From positions 32,001 to 96,000 of the forward strand of contig CAVPCQ010000012.1 of NCBI GenBank assembly GCA_963702425.1: a stretch of DNA of 64,000 nt, in the 5' to 3' direction. Below the pieces are notes generated by a model that was not told the DNA's origin, did no database searches, and saw only the letters and a list, made by a program, of their open reading frames with translations. The translations under genes were made by a program, and so were the position numbers. Source of the stretch: an uncultured Acidobacteriota bacterium (GTDB taxonomy: Bacteria; Acidobacteriota; Polarisedimenticolia; J045). Position 1 is the first letter of the stretch. Every line of letters starts with the position of its first letter. This document shows, piece after piece, positions 47,190 through 56,426 of the stretch.

Positions 47190-48545
47190 TCAAGCCTCGC
47201 CCGTGGGAAGTGCGATGTTCCGATGCGTGCACGATCGTATGATCGCGAGCGCCTCACGACGGAGCAACGCGTCCCAGGTCATGGTCCGAGCGTACGCGAT
47301 CCCGTTTTCGCGAAGTCGTTCGTACGTCGCCGCATCTTTCAGAAGAGCGATGACCGCGTCGGCGAACGAGTCCACGCCGTACTGAATGGCGACGCCGCAG
47401 TCCATGCGTGTGATCATGTCGCCGGCTTCGGTGCCGGCCGTGGCTATGACCGGAAGCCCGGCTGCCATGTACTCGATCACCTTCAGCGGGCAAGCGTACT
47501 TGCGAAATGCCACTGGCGCGGAGTTCGCGAGGCCGATCTTGGCGCCGGCAAGGACTTCACCAAGCTCCTCCACGGGCCGCTTGCCAAGCAGTCTCACGTG
47601 CTCTGTCACGCCGCAGTCGCGAATGAGCCGCTCGATGCTGTTGAGGTAGTCGGGGAGCCCGTCACCGACGATGGTGAGCGACACCTGCGGTACGACCTCC
47701 CGAATCCGCGCCACGGCTCGTATTGCCGGCTCGAGGCCGCTCCATGAGATCACATTGCCGACGTAGATCAGCTGGTGACCGCGGCGGTCGCACCGCCGAG
47801 CGACCTCAAACCGCTCGAAGTCGACGCCGTTGGGAATCAACTCCATTTCGACTTTGGCTCTTTTGCTTCGCCGTTCCGCGAGGAGACGCGAGGCGCACAC
47901 CACAACATCCGCCCGCCGGATGCCGAACGATTCGATCGCTTCCGTATAGCCCCGGCGGAGCCTGTCCGGCACGAGCCCGGCTTCGAAGTCTCGGTCGATG
48001 TAGACGAAGACCGCTGCCTTGCCGAGGCGGCGCAGTGCCCATCCCGTCAAACCTCCCCAAGGGCCAACGCCGAGGCAAATGTCGAATTCGCGTTCGGGCT
48101 GACGGTAGGCGGCATACAGAAAGCAAGGCAGGAAGAAGACGTCGCGCAATACGGAAAGCGGAGAAAGGAGGCGGACAAACAGCAGTCGCAACGACGCTCG
48201 GTGGGATCTGCCCGCCTCGCGCGCCTCCGCGCTCTGCCGGAAGCCGGCGAAGTAGTTGAAGAACGGATCGACAGCGATCTCCCGAATTCCGCGGCGATCC
48301 CGGCTCCGCGTGCGGAACGTCACTGTATCGAAGAGCATGTCGATCAACCGCGGCGATCGGTTCGTTGTCTTCGACAGTACTGCGACCCGGCAGCCGAGTC
48401 GGGAGTAATACGCGGCCCGATTGTGTTCGCTATTGTTGGGCCGGGCCCCGTAGTCGAGGGGCGACACGAGCAAGACTCGCGCGCCGCGGAGAAGCGTATT
48501 CGATTCAGCGTTCTCTGAAGACAGGGTGGCGTCGCCCTCGTTCAT
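47190..48545 (-). CDS. Glycosyltransferase family 4
   Basis: 'IPNGVDFERF', 'LIYVGNV', 'ACPLKVIEYMAAGLPVIAT'. Confidence 0.88.
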   Translation of the reverse strand: MNEGDATLSSENAESNTLLRGARVLLVSPLDYGARPNNSEHNRAAYYSRLGCRVAVLSKTTNRSPRLIDMLFDTVTFRTRSRDRRGIREIAVDPFFNYFAGFRQSAEAREAGRSHRASLRLLFVRLLSPLSVLRDVFFLPCFLYAAYRQPEREFDICLGVGPWGGLTGWALRRLGKAAVFVYIDRDFEAGLVPDRLRRGYTEAIESFGIRRADVVVCASRLLAERRSKRAKVEMELIPNGVDFERFEVARRCDRRGHQLIYVGNVISWSGLEPAIRAVARIREVVPQVSLTIVGDGLPDYLNSIERLIRDCGVTEHVRLLGKRPVEELGEVLAGAKIGLANSAPVAFRKYACPLKVIEYMAAGLPVIATAGTEAGDMITRMDCGVAIQYGVDSFADAVIALLKDAATYERLRENGIAYARTMTWDALLRREALAIIRSCTHRNIALPTGEA

Positions 48546-49057
48546 GGCAAGGTCGCTTCACACAGCCCGCCGAGCGGACGCGATCCGGCCGGTCTGCGGT
48601 CGGCCCGGGCCTCTGCGCGCGAAGCACCGCGGACCACGACGAGCTGAAGTGCTCGGTACTCGCTCAGTCCCATTGCGAAGGTGATGAGGCGTGTCGCACC
48701 ATTGTCGCCGAAACGGTCGAACACTGGAGACAGTGCGCGAAAAGGCGCCCGATCACATTCATGCGATTCGAGCACCGAGGGTACGTGAATCGGAGCGGGG
48801 TACGTCTGCTGCTGAGGCTCACCGACCAAGCGCGCCAGAGCGCCGATTCTGAGCGTCTCGTCGTGTCGGCCGTCGGCCGGGCCGACCGTGTCGGCAGATC
48901 GAATCCCCAGGATCTCCCGGCCGCGCGCAGGCGCCTCGGAGGCGCTTCCTCTCGTCATGCGATCCGGCGACCGACTCTCGGCTTGCACGGATTGCCGTGG
49001 TCCGCGTTCGCGGGGCCGAGGTGACGTTTCGTAACACCGATCGCTGTACCTATGCAC
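48542..49057 (-). CDS. Hypothetical protein (uncertain)
   Basis: Fills the gap exactly, overlapping both neighbouring genes as if translationally coupled, but no recognisable motif. Confidence 0.3.
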   Translation of the reverse strand: MHRYSDRCYETSPRPRERGPRQSVQAESRSPDRMTRGSASEAPARGREILGIRSADTVGPADGRHDETLRIGALARLVGEPQQQTYPAPIHVPSVLESHECDRAPFRALSPVFDRFGDNGATRLITFAMGLSEYRALQLVVVRGASRAEARADRRPAGSRPLGGLCEATLP

Positions 49058-50891
49058 CCGCGCCAGCCTTGGTCAGGATAACCTGAACAGTCTGAAGAAG
49101 AATCTCGAGATCTCTGCGGAATGAACGTGTCTTCACGTACCCGAGGTCGTGCAGCAGCCAAGGGCGAAATCCCGGGTCATTGCGCGCCGAGACCTGCCAG
49201 GGGCCGGTGATTCCGGGTTTGACGGTGAGTCGCAGATCGCGCCACTTCGGTGACCAGACCATTTCCTCGATCGCCAGCGGGCGCGGTCCTACGAGCGTCA
49301 TTGTGCCGCCGAGAACGTTGAGCAGTTGTGGAAGCTCATCGAGGCTGGTCCGCCGCAGGAAACGGCCAACGCGCGTGACTCGAGGATCGCGAACGATCTT
49401 GAACATCGGGCCCTCGACCTCGTTGTGCTCTCGCAGCGCCTGCTTGAGTCTCTCGGCGTCGGCAACCATCGTGCGAAACTTGATCATCTGCAGATCGCGC
49501 TTGCCCCGCCCACAGCGCCGTTGCAGGAATAGCACCGGTCCTTTGGAGTCGAGTTTGATTGCGGCAGCGATCACGAGGAGCAGCGGCGACAGCAACAAGA
49601 GAAGCGCACCGCTTACGGCGATGTCCAACATCCGCTTGGCGATCTCATAGCTCCTCGGGCTCCAAGACCAGTACCTCCTTACAGAACGCGTCACGGCGAT
49701 CGACCAGAGCCGCGGTGACGTTTCGCCATGGACGGCCGGCAGGCTGCCTAGTGCGTCACCATCGAGCAGAATCGCGTTGCTGAAGCTGCTGCCGCTGACG
49801 ATGTGGCAGTCCTGGGCGATGACACAGGAGGTGACCGATGAGCGAACTCCCAATCGTACGCCCTCCCAGATGTACGACTCCCGTACATAGGCCCCTCGGC
49901 TGACATGAGTCCCGTCGCACAACAGCGCGGGGCCGATGATCGTGGCTTCCGGCTCGATCGTACAGCCTCGTCCAATTCGGACGGGACCGACAATCCGGGC
50001 TCGGCCAGATACGAAGGAGCCCGTGCCGACCGAAATGCCGTTTCCCGGATCGTGAACTGGCTTCGAGCCGCCCACCGACTCGGTCATCAGGAGCTCGTGG
50101 TTGAGGCGAACGTACTGACTGATGTCGTCGAGGCGCGGGAGAGGGCCGGGGATCTGGTGTACCCGCACCCGGGCTCCGCGTGCGAGGAGCGCAGGCAGAA
50201 GCAGTTCCTTGATGTCGGTGTATCCGTCGGCGTCGATGTCGTCGAGGACCCGCGGGTCGAATACGTAGAGTCCCGCGGGAAGCAGACCCTCGATCGAAGC
50301 CTCGTGGGCACACGGCGTTAATCGGCACACGAAGCCGCTTTTCGTCTCGAGCGCGATCAAGTCCTGGCCGAGCTGATCCGTCGTTGCAGTGGTGGCAACC
50401 ACCGTGGCGGCGGCGTTGCAGCCGACGTGCCCGCGCACGATGGCGCGCAGGTCGATGCCGTTCAGCCAGACCGGAAAGGCGATCACGAGGAAAGGCGCGT
50501 TCCCGACGAAGGACCGCGCTGCGACCATCGCGCCTGCCGTTCCCCTCAGTCCGTCGTCGACCAGCGCGACGAGATTGACGGTGTCCGTCGAAACGGAATT
50601 GACTAGCGTACAGTGGCCGGTCGTCGGGTCCCGGGAGTGCAGAACCGCCACGTCGCGGATCCCCTGCGAAGCGAGGTAGTCGAACGTGTGGTGTAGCGCC
50701 GTGCGTCCGTCCGCCATTGGAAAGTCGTGCGGCGAACGGGCATTCGTCAGCGGGCAGACCGCTGAGCCGGGGCCCCCAGCAAGGACAAGAGCCCGAATTC
50801 CGGGCTCTGCCTCGTTCGGAATCTCACCATTCTGTCCCATGCCCATCGAGAACATCCGAGCTGTTGCGCACGCCCCGCTCCCAGCCCGCAT
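49050..50891 (-). CDS. Fusion: sugar-phosphate nucleotidyltransferase-like domain + left-handed beta-helix + phosphoglycosyltransferase (WcaJ/WbaP-type bacterial sugar transferase)
   Basis: N-terminal 'ALVLAGGPGSAVCPLT', 'LRGTAGA'; hexapeptide repeats 'IVGPVRIGRGCTIEPEATIIGP'; C-terminal 'KRMLDI...KFRTM...DPRVTRVGRFLRRTSLDELPQLLNVL.G.M.LVGPRP...KPGITG'. Start may be slightly downstream (MGMGQNG). Confidence 0.9.
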   Translation of the reverse strand: MRAGSGACATARMFSMGMGQNGEIPNEAEPGIRALVLAGGPGSAVCPLTNARSPHDFPMADGRTALHHTFDYLASQGIRDVAVLHSRDPTTGHCTLVNSVSTDTVNLVALVDDGLRGTAGAMVAARSFVGNAPFLVIAFPVWLNGIDLRAIVRGHVGCNAAATVVATTATTDQLGQDLIALETKSGFVCRLTPCAHEASIEGLLPAGLYVFDPRVLDDIDADGYTDIKELLLPALLARGARVRVHQIPGPLPRLDDISQYVRLNHELLMTESVGGSKPVHDPGNGISVGTGSFVSGRARIVGPVRIGRGCTIEPEATIIGPALLCDGTHVSRGAYVRESYIWEGVRLGVRSSVTSCVIAQDCHIVSGSSFSNAILLDGDALGSLPAVHGETSPRLWSIAVTRSVRRYWSWSPRSYEIAKRMLDIAVSGALLLLLSPLLLVIAAAIKLDSKGPVLFLQRRCGRGKRDLQMIKFRTMVADAERLKQALREHNEVEGPMFKIVRDPRVTRVGRFLRRTSLDELPQLLNVLGGTMTLVGPRPLAIEEMVWSPKWRDLRLTVKPGITGPWQVSARNDPGFRPWLLHDLGYVKTRSFRRDLEILLQTVQVILTKAGAGA

Positions 50892-51560
50892 TCTACCTGA
50901 ACCTGGGCCGCTCTGGTAATCCGCACGACTCTAATGTCGGGATACGCGGGACGATCATCTGGGCGCATCAGCGAGCTATCTCTCGAATGGCGGGTGGTTT
51001 CCTGGGCGGGGGCGCTCACCGGGGTGCGGAGGGTGGGCCGTCGGGCACCTTCCGCGGGGCTCAGCTGTCACTGGTCTTCAGCACTGTGCGGTGATTATCG
51101 ACACCGTGCAGAGCAAAGTTACCCTTACTTTGCTCGGTTAGAGCCGATCGACTATCCTCGGGCACTACATTTCGGGCGCCGCTCCCGCCCGCGCCGACGA
51201 ACAACCCCCCGAGCGGTCCAATTCGGCCGCTCCTAACAGGCGGGTGGTCGCAAGAAATGGAGTTGGTGTCCACCAACGTCGCGAAAGATCGTGTCCCTCG
51301 ACGGCTGATCCCGAACATTGACGGAAGGATCCGGACTTTTTCGCGGAATCCCCCTGGGAATCGGTAGCGCCGTTCATGACTTCGTAAACCCCCGGACGCG
51401 CCGCTCAAAATGCAGTGGGACCTTCACCAAGACCGGCCCTGGAGCGCTATTCTGACGGTTGGTTTACGGGCCGGTTCTTCCTCATAGTCTTCGCCGGGTG
51501 TAACCAATTACGACTCTCTCGACTCTACTTGGAACCAATACCGGGACTCGGCGTTTCTAC
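50892..51560. promoter_or_regulatory. Divergent intergenic region between the minus-strand sugar-transferase/GT genes and the plus-strand GT-wzy-wzz genes
   Basis: Genes diverge from this interval, and it is visibly more AT-rich than the coding DNA; no specific promoter boxes assigned. Confidence 0.5.
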
Positions 51561-51564
51561 CGCT

Positions 51565-51790
51565 TCCTGCCTGAAGGCGAGGATCGAAGCGCGGGCTGCC
51601 GCGGCCCCAGAGCGAGTGGCCATGGTGTTCGACGACGAGCATCTCACCTACGCCGAGCTGGACCGTCTCATGGCGCGCGGTGCGGACGGCACCAGCCATG
51701 GCAGGTACCTCCTCGATGGTCGCGGGGTGGTCCCAGGAGTCTGCCTAGAAGCCTGCGTTCCGATTGCGTTCGACGTGCTCAAAGCACGAC
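51565..51790 (+). pseudogene. Decayed fragment of an NRPS adenylation-domain N-terminus
   Basis: Translates as 'SCLKARIEARAAAAPERVAMVFDDEHLTYAELDRL...GRYLLDGRGVVPGVCLE...DVLKA', matching the A1 motif (LTYxEL) and a degraded A2 region; no downstream A motifs. Confidence 0.6.
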
Positions 51791-51968
51791 GCCTCCGCCT
51801 GCTCACAGGCGCTCGGGTGCGCGTCGCACCTTGGTTGATCCCGATCTTCAGAACTCAACCGCTGGATCTGGACCGCGAGTCTCCGTCGCGCGTCACTCCT
51901 GGCGCTCCGCGCGCGCAGCTCTCGCCGGGTTGCGGGCCATTCCTCGGCCCCCACGAAGCGAGCATCGG

Positions 51969-53159
51969 ATGAAATCCCCGCCGACACGCTCGCGCCACGA
52001 GCGCATTCGGCTGCTGCTGCTGCTCACCAGCACGGCGGGTGGTGCAGGACTGCAGAACTACTTCCTCGCACGAGGACTGTCCAGGGATGTATTCGATCTC
52101 CAGGTCGCCTACGGCCCCGGCTATCCGCTCGACGCCACGTATCGAGACCTCGGCATCCCGATACACGTCCTCAGCTTGTCGCGCAAGGTCGCGCCAGCAA
52201 TCAACATCCGTGGGTTGCTTCAGATCTGGCGTCTACTCAGGCGAGAACGTTTCGACATAGTCTGTACGTCGTGCTCGATCGCCGGGATGCTGGGGCGATT
52301 CGCGGCCGCGCTTGCCGGGGTTCCGACGAGAGTTCACGTCCTGCACGTCTACGCCTGCCGTCCCTATCAGAATGCACTGAAGCGGGCTTTCTACTGGGGG
52401 ATCGAACGAGCCCTGGACCCGCTGACCACTCGCTATGTCGCCGTTTCAGAAGCGACCAAGCAATACGGTATCGATGCGCACATCATGCGTCCAGAGAAAG
52501 TCTCAGTCATCTTCAATGCGATCGAGAAGCGATCGGCCTCCGCGCGCCCAGGGGCTGACGTGCGTCGCGAGCTCGGCCTCCGGCCGGACTCGCAGCTGGT
52601 CGGTACGATCGGTCGTTACGAGGAGCAGAAGGGTCTCGAGTTCCTGCTGCAGGCCGCCGCACTCGTCGTTCGCGATCACCCCCAAGTGGAGTTCCTCATA
52701 GTCGGGGACGGGCCGCTGCGTGGGGAGCTCTCACAGCTCGCGCGCTCGCTCGGAATCGCAGACTCTGTTCATTTCACTGGTTGGCGCGACGACGTTCCGG
52801 ACCTGCTCGGCGTCATGAATGTTTTTTGTCTCGCGTCGCTCTGGGAGACGTTTGGCCTCGTGCTGGCCGAAGCAATGCAAGCGGCGCTTCCCGTGGTAGC
52901 AACGCGGGTCGACGCGATTCCAGAGGTCGTGAGCGAGGGCGAGACGGGCCTGCTCGTGCCGCCCCGAGACCCCGAGCGGCTTGCCGCCAGGATCATCGAG
53001 CTTCTCGGCAATCCGCAGCTGGCGGCCGAACTCGGCGCTGCGGGACGACGACGCGCGTTGCGCATGTGCTCCCTTGACGGTATGGTGCGGCAGTACGAGC
53101 GCCTGTTTGTCGAACTCACATGCGGCGAAGCAGGCGCGCCGGGAAAAGAAAGAGCCTAG
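51969..53159 (+). CDS. Glycosyltransferase family 4
   Basis: 'IGRYEEQKG', 'FLIVGDGPLR', 'SLWETFGLVLAEAMQAALPVVAT', 'GETGLLVPP'. Start set at ATG 51969 (MKSPP). Confidence 0.92.
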   Translation: MKSPPTRSRHERIRLLLLLTSTAGGAGLQNYFLARGLSRDVFDLQVAYGPGYPLDATYRDLGIPIHVLSLSRKVAPAINIRGLLQIWRLLRRERFDIVCTSCSIAGMLGRFAAALAGVPTRVHVLHVYACRPYQNALKRAFYWGIERALDPLTTRYVAVSEATKQYGIDAHIMRPEKVSVIFNAIEKRSASARPGADVRRELGLRPDSQLVGTIGRYEEQKGLEFLLQAAALVVRDHPQVEFLIVGDGPLRGELSQLARSLGIADSVHFTGWRDDVPDLLGVMNVFCLASLWETFGLVLAEAMQAALPVVATRVDAIPEVVSEGETGLLVPPRDPERLAARIIELLGNPQLAAELGAAGRRRALRMCSLDGMVRQYERLFVELTCGEAGAPGKERA

Positions 53160-53161
53160 TC

Positions 53162-54643
53162 GTGTCGCAGCAGCCCCCAGTAGCTATCCCCGCAGCTCGA
53201 GCATGGAGCGATGGCCTGCCATTGTTGTTCTTCAGCTTGGCGGGCTCGCTGCTACTCGGATCTCTCGTGGCAGGTTCGGTGCTGCTTGACGGGCGGCTCG
53301 AGCGGTTCGTGCCACTTGGCGCTCTCTCGATCGAGAAGCCCTTTCCCTACAGTTTCACGATCGCCCTCCTGTTGGCCCTGAGCGCGGCTGCATTGGCTTC
53401 TACACGCGCGAGTTATCTGTTCGCATTCCGCCACGAATTCGCGATCGCGGCTCTACTCCTTGTTGGTGCCGTCAACGGCCTCAACATCCAGAGTCTCGAC
53501 CCGACCGACCCGGTCATCCTGATCGCCCTTTACGCATGGGTGATCTTTTTCGTGTTCGAGAGGCAACCGTTTCGAGTACCGACGACGGTCTTGGTGCTCT
53601 GCCTGGCGGTGCTTGCCTTTTCGGTGCTGTCCGCAGCGAACGGCGGCATGACAACACTCATCGGCCTCCGCACCTTCATCATTCGTTTGCTGCTGGTCGT
53701 TCTACTCGCGTCGTGGATCGCTGCGACGGGCAGGACCCGGTTCACGGTTCGCTTGATCATAGCAATCGCCGTCGCCTCCGCTGTGATAGGGCTGGCGACG
53801 AGCGTGATTTACCTGGGATCGGGAGATGTTCTGAGCACCAATGACACGGTGGCGGAGGTTTACAAGTCCACGCCGTTTGGGCGAATGGTACGCGCCACCG
53901 GCTTCACATCGACGTCGCAGTGCCTCGCGCACCTGCTGTTGATCGGAGTCGCGCTTGCGCTGTTCGCGCCGATGCGGCCTCTGTGGCGCTTCGTGACGGT
54001 GCTGATCATGATTGCGGGGATAGGATGGACATTCACGATCGGGGGCTATCTCACTCTCGCCGGCGTCCTGGCGATGTGGTTGTTCCTGCGGTGGCCCGAA
54101 AAGACGCTGCATCTCATACTGGCGACCGCAGGCGTCGGCTGCGCGGCGTATCTCAGCGGCTGGGCAGGCTACGCATACGAGGAAATCATCCTCGCGCTCG
54201 GAGGCAAGGGATTCCAGGACCGGTTGGTGACCCTTTCTGAGGGACTGGTGGCGATTCAGCGCCACCCCTGGCTCGGCGTAGGGCTGCGGAATACCTACCG
54301 CGTCACTCCCAGCTTCGTCCACAGCACCTACCTGCAGCTCGCCTCGGAGATCGGAATTCCGGGAGCCATTGCGTTTGCCGGTCTGGTGACCTTCCCGCTG
54401 GCGCGCCTGGCCGCTGCCGTAAAGGGAATGCCCCGCGGCGAGCGCCAGAGCTGGCTCAAGGCGTTGTTTCTCGCATCGTTCACACTGATCCTTCACCTTT
54501 CGATCGAACCGTTCTACGACAACTACATGACATGGGCGTTCATCGGGGTGGCTGCGGGCGCGGTCGGCGAGATGAGCGCCGCTCGTTCCCGGAAGTCGAG
54601 CATTGCCACCAGCGCGACGAGCCAAACCCTCGGTCTGCAGTAA
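53162..54643 (+). CDS. O-antigen ligase/Wzy-family polytopic membrane protein (probable polysaccharide polymerase)
   Basis: About 12 hydrophobic segments; 'RATGFT', 'DRLVTL..GL.AIQRHPWLGVG', 'HSTYLQLASEIGIPG' match the Wzy_C pattern. Confidence 0.85.
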   Translation: MSQQPPVAIPAARAWSDGLPLLFFSLAGSLLLGSLVAGSVLLDGRLERFVPLGALSIEKPFPYSFTIALLLALSAAALASTRASYLFAFRHEFAIAALLLVGAVNGLNIQSLDPTDPVILIALYAWVIFFVFERQPFRVPTTVLVLCLAVLAFSVLSAANGGMTTLIGLRTFIIRLLLVVLLASWIAATGRTRFTVRLIIAIAVASAVIGLATSVIYLGSGDVLSTNDTVAEVYKSTPFGRMVRATGFTSTSQCLAHLLLIGVALALFAPMRPLWRFVTVLIMIAGIGWTFTIGGYLTLAGVLAMWLFLRWPEKTLHLILATAGVGCAAYLSGWAGYAYEEIILALGGKGFQDRLVTLSEGLVAIQRHPWLGVGLRNTYRVTPSFVHSTYLQLASEIGIPGAIAFAGLVTFPLARLAAAVKGMPRGERQSWLKALFLASFTLILHLSIEPFYDNYMTWAFIGVAAGAVGEMSAARSRKSSIATSATSQTLGLQ

Positions 54644-54774
54644 GTGGCTCCGCTTCAGGGAGTTGAACCGCCGACCGGCATGGGGTATCTTGTGGCGCTG
54701 CGCGTTCGTCGCGGTGCCCCACCAACGACCGGCTGCTCTGCGTTGCCTGCGACCAGAACCGCCAAGGGAGGGTC

Positions 54775-55998
54775 GTGCGAGAGCCACTGACCGATTCTGA
54801 CTACTCGCTCGTCGACTACCTCGTCGCTGTGTATCGACGGGCGTGGGTGGTGTTGCTCGTAACCGCGGTTGCTGGCGGCACCGCCTGGCTGGTAAGCGAA
54901 CGTGCCGTGCCTGTCTATGAAGCGCACGCGGCGTTTTTCGTCCCGCAAGACGTCGCATCCTCGATGGGCCTCTCGAGCAAACTTACCAACGCGCGCCTGC
55001 CCTCGGGATCGGAAAACGAGGCGCGTGCCTACGCGAAGATCCTCCAGCAGTCCGACGCTTACCTCGCGGCCTTGCGGAAGGTCCCGGACAAGAACCCAGC
55101 CCGAATGGAGCGGGACATTGACGTGATCGCCAGCCGTGAAGCGGTGATCAGAGTTTTCTCCCGCGATCCCAATCCGAGAGTTGCCGCGGACATTGCGAAT
55201 GCTCTCGTTGACTACTTCAACGAGTTCCAGCTTCAGCTCGTCCGAGAAGAGCTTATTCGATCGATGAAGAAGATTGAGGACCAGATCATCCTCGTGGAAG
55301 AGGACCTCACGAAGGGGCTAGCCGACCGTCAGGCCATGCTCGAGAGCAAGAGAATCGTGTTGCTGCCGATGAACACCGCGCAGCTTGAGGGCGACCGAAA
55401 CCAGTTGTCGATGCAGTTGTCGCAGACCCGGGTCAAGATGTCGTCGATCACGGAACAGTTACTCGGACTTGAACGACAGATGGCGGAGGAGGCAAAGCGT
55501 TACGGCGGCGGCCAGTTGCTCGACTCGCGACAGGATTCGTTTTACAACCAGCTGCGGCAGCGGAAATCGTTGCTCGAGATCGACCAGAAAGGCCTGGAGG
55601 CCGAAATCCGGCAGCTCGTCACCGCGATCCAAGCGACCGACCAGACGATTCGAATCGGGCCCGCGATGCTATCGCAGTTCGCGGCCATCGACGATCGGCT
55701 CGCCACGCTGCGACAAGATCGTGAGCGTTACGAATCGACGCTACGCGAACTGCGGACCCAGTCGCTCGATCTTCGGTCCCCGGCACTCGTCGTTCGTGTT
55801 GCCACACCCCCAAGGGTGCCGTCGTTCCCGAAGAAGTCACTGAATATCATCATCGGCGCGGTCGCCGGCTTCCTGGCCGGGATCGCGCTGGCGCTGATGA
55901 TCGAGGCTTTCGATCGACAGCGGCGCTGGTCTGCGTCGACGGCATCCCGAACCGATGAGCTCGACACTCACCCGCCGACCGATGTTTCCGAACCGTGA
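54775..55998 (+). CDS. Wzz/GumC-like polysaccharide co-polymerase (chain-length determinant)
   Basis: N-terminal TM ('LVDYLVAVYRRAWVVLLV'), 'PVYEA.A', long coiled coil, C-terminal 'ATPPRVPSFPKKSLNIIIGAVAGFLAGIALA' (Pro-rich motif + TM); no tyrosine kinase domain. Confidence 0.88.
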   Translation: MREPLTDSDYSLVDYLVAVYRRAWVVLLVTAVAGGTAWLVSERAVPVYEAHAAFFVPQDVASSMGLSSKLTNARLPSGSENEARAYAKILQQSDAYLAALRKVPDKNPARMERDIDVIASREAVIRVFSRDPNPRVAADIANALVDYFNEFQLQLVREELIRSMKKIEDQIILVEEDLTKGLADRQAMLESKRIVLLPMNTAQLEGDRNQLSMQLSQTRVKMSSITEQLLGLERQMAEEAKRYGGGQLLDSRQDSFYNQLRQRKSLLEIDQKGLEAEIRQLVTAIQATDQTIRIGPAMLSQFAAIDDRLATLRQDRERYESTLRELRTQSLDLRSPALVVRVATPPRVPSFPKKSLNIIIGAVAGFLAGIALALMIEAFDRQRRWSASTASRTDELDTHPPTDVSEP

Positions 55999-56237
55999 AT
56001 GCGAGTGCCGGGATGAAGCGATCACAAGACAGAGGCGCACGACTTCATGGCGCCTTCGGCCAGCGGCCCGCCATCCGAGTGAGGCAGGAACGCCGGGACA
56101 ACGCTCCTTCCGTGCCGGTGGAGGGCCTGCTGCCCTGGTGGCTGGCGCTGCTAGTGGCAGTCGCCGTCGGCATCGCCTGCGGTTGGATCAGCGTGCAGGT
56201 GGCCTTCTTCTTGCTGACCCTCCAACTTCATAGCTGA
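55995..56237 (+). CDS. Small membrane protein or truncated 5' gene fragment
   Basis: GTGA overlap with the wzz-like stop; one or two TM segments; ends just before an IS630-like remnant. Confidence 0.3.
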   Translation: MNASAGMKRSQDRGARLHGAFGQRPAIRVRQERRDNAPSVPVEGLLPWWLALLVAVAVGIACGWISVQVAFFLLTLQLHS

Positions 56238-56253
56238 CTCAAGTGGCGCAAAT

Positions 56254-56415
56254 CGTGAGACCTGCAAGTCTCTCGATGTGATCGAAGCCAACATCGCGCC
56301 CGAGTTCGAGGTTCACCTCGATGAGCCGGCTCCCTTCGTGTGGACCAATACCGCCGACCAGGCCCTCGCCTCGTTCGCGCGCTCTTCGCAGCCAATTGAG
56401 ACGCGGGGCACCGGT
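56254..56415 (+). mobile_element. IS630-family transposase C-terminal remnant
   Basis: Translates as 'RETCKSLDVIEANIAPEFEVHLDEPAPFVWTNTADQALASFARSSQ', matching the recalled IS630 C-terminal pattern '..F.S..EL..AI..Y...HN..PKPFVWTKTAD.ILAS.AR'. Confidence 0.6.
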
Positions 56416-56426
56416 CAGGGTCCTCG

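Noticed and set aside
48640-48900. Plus-strand STAS-like phrase 'GYVNRSGVRLLLRLTDQARQS'
   Set aside because: Short resemblance only, no clear start, and opposite to the surrounding operon.
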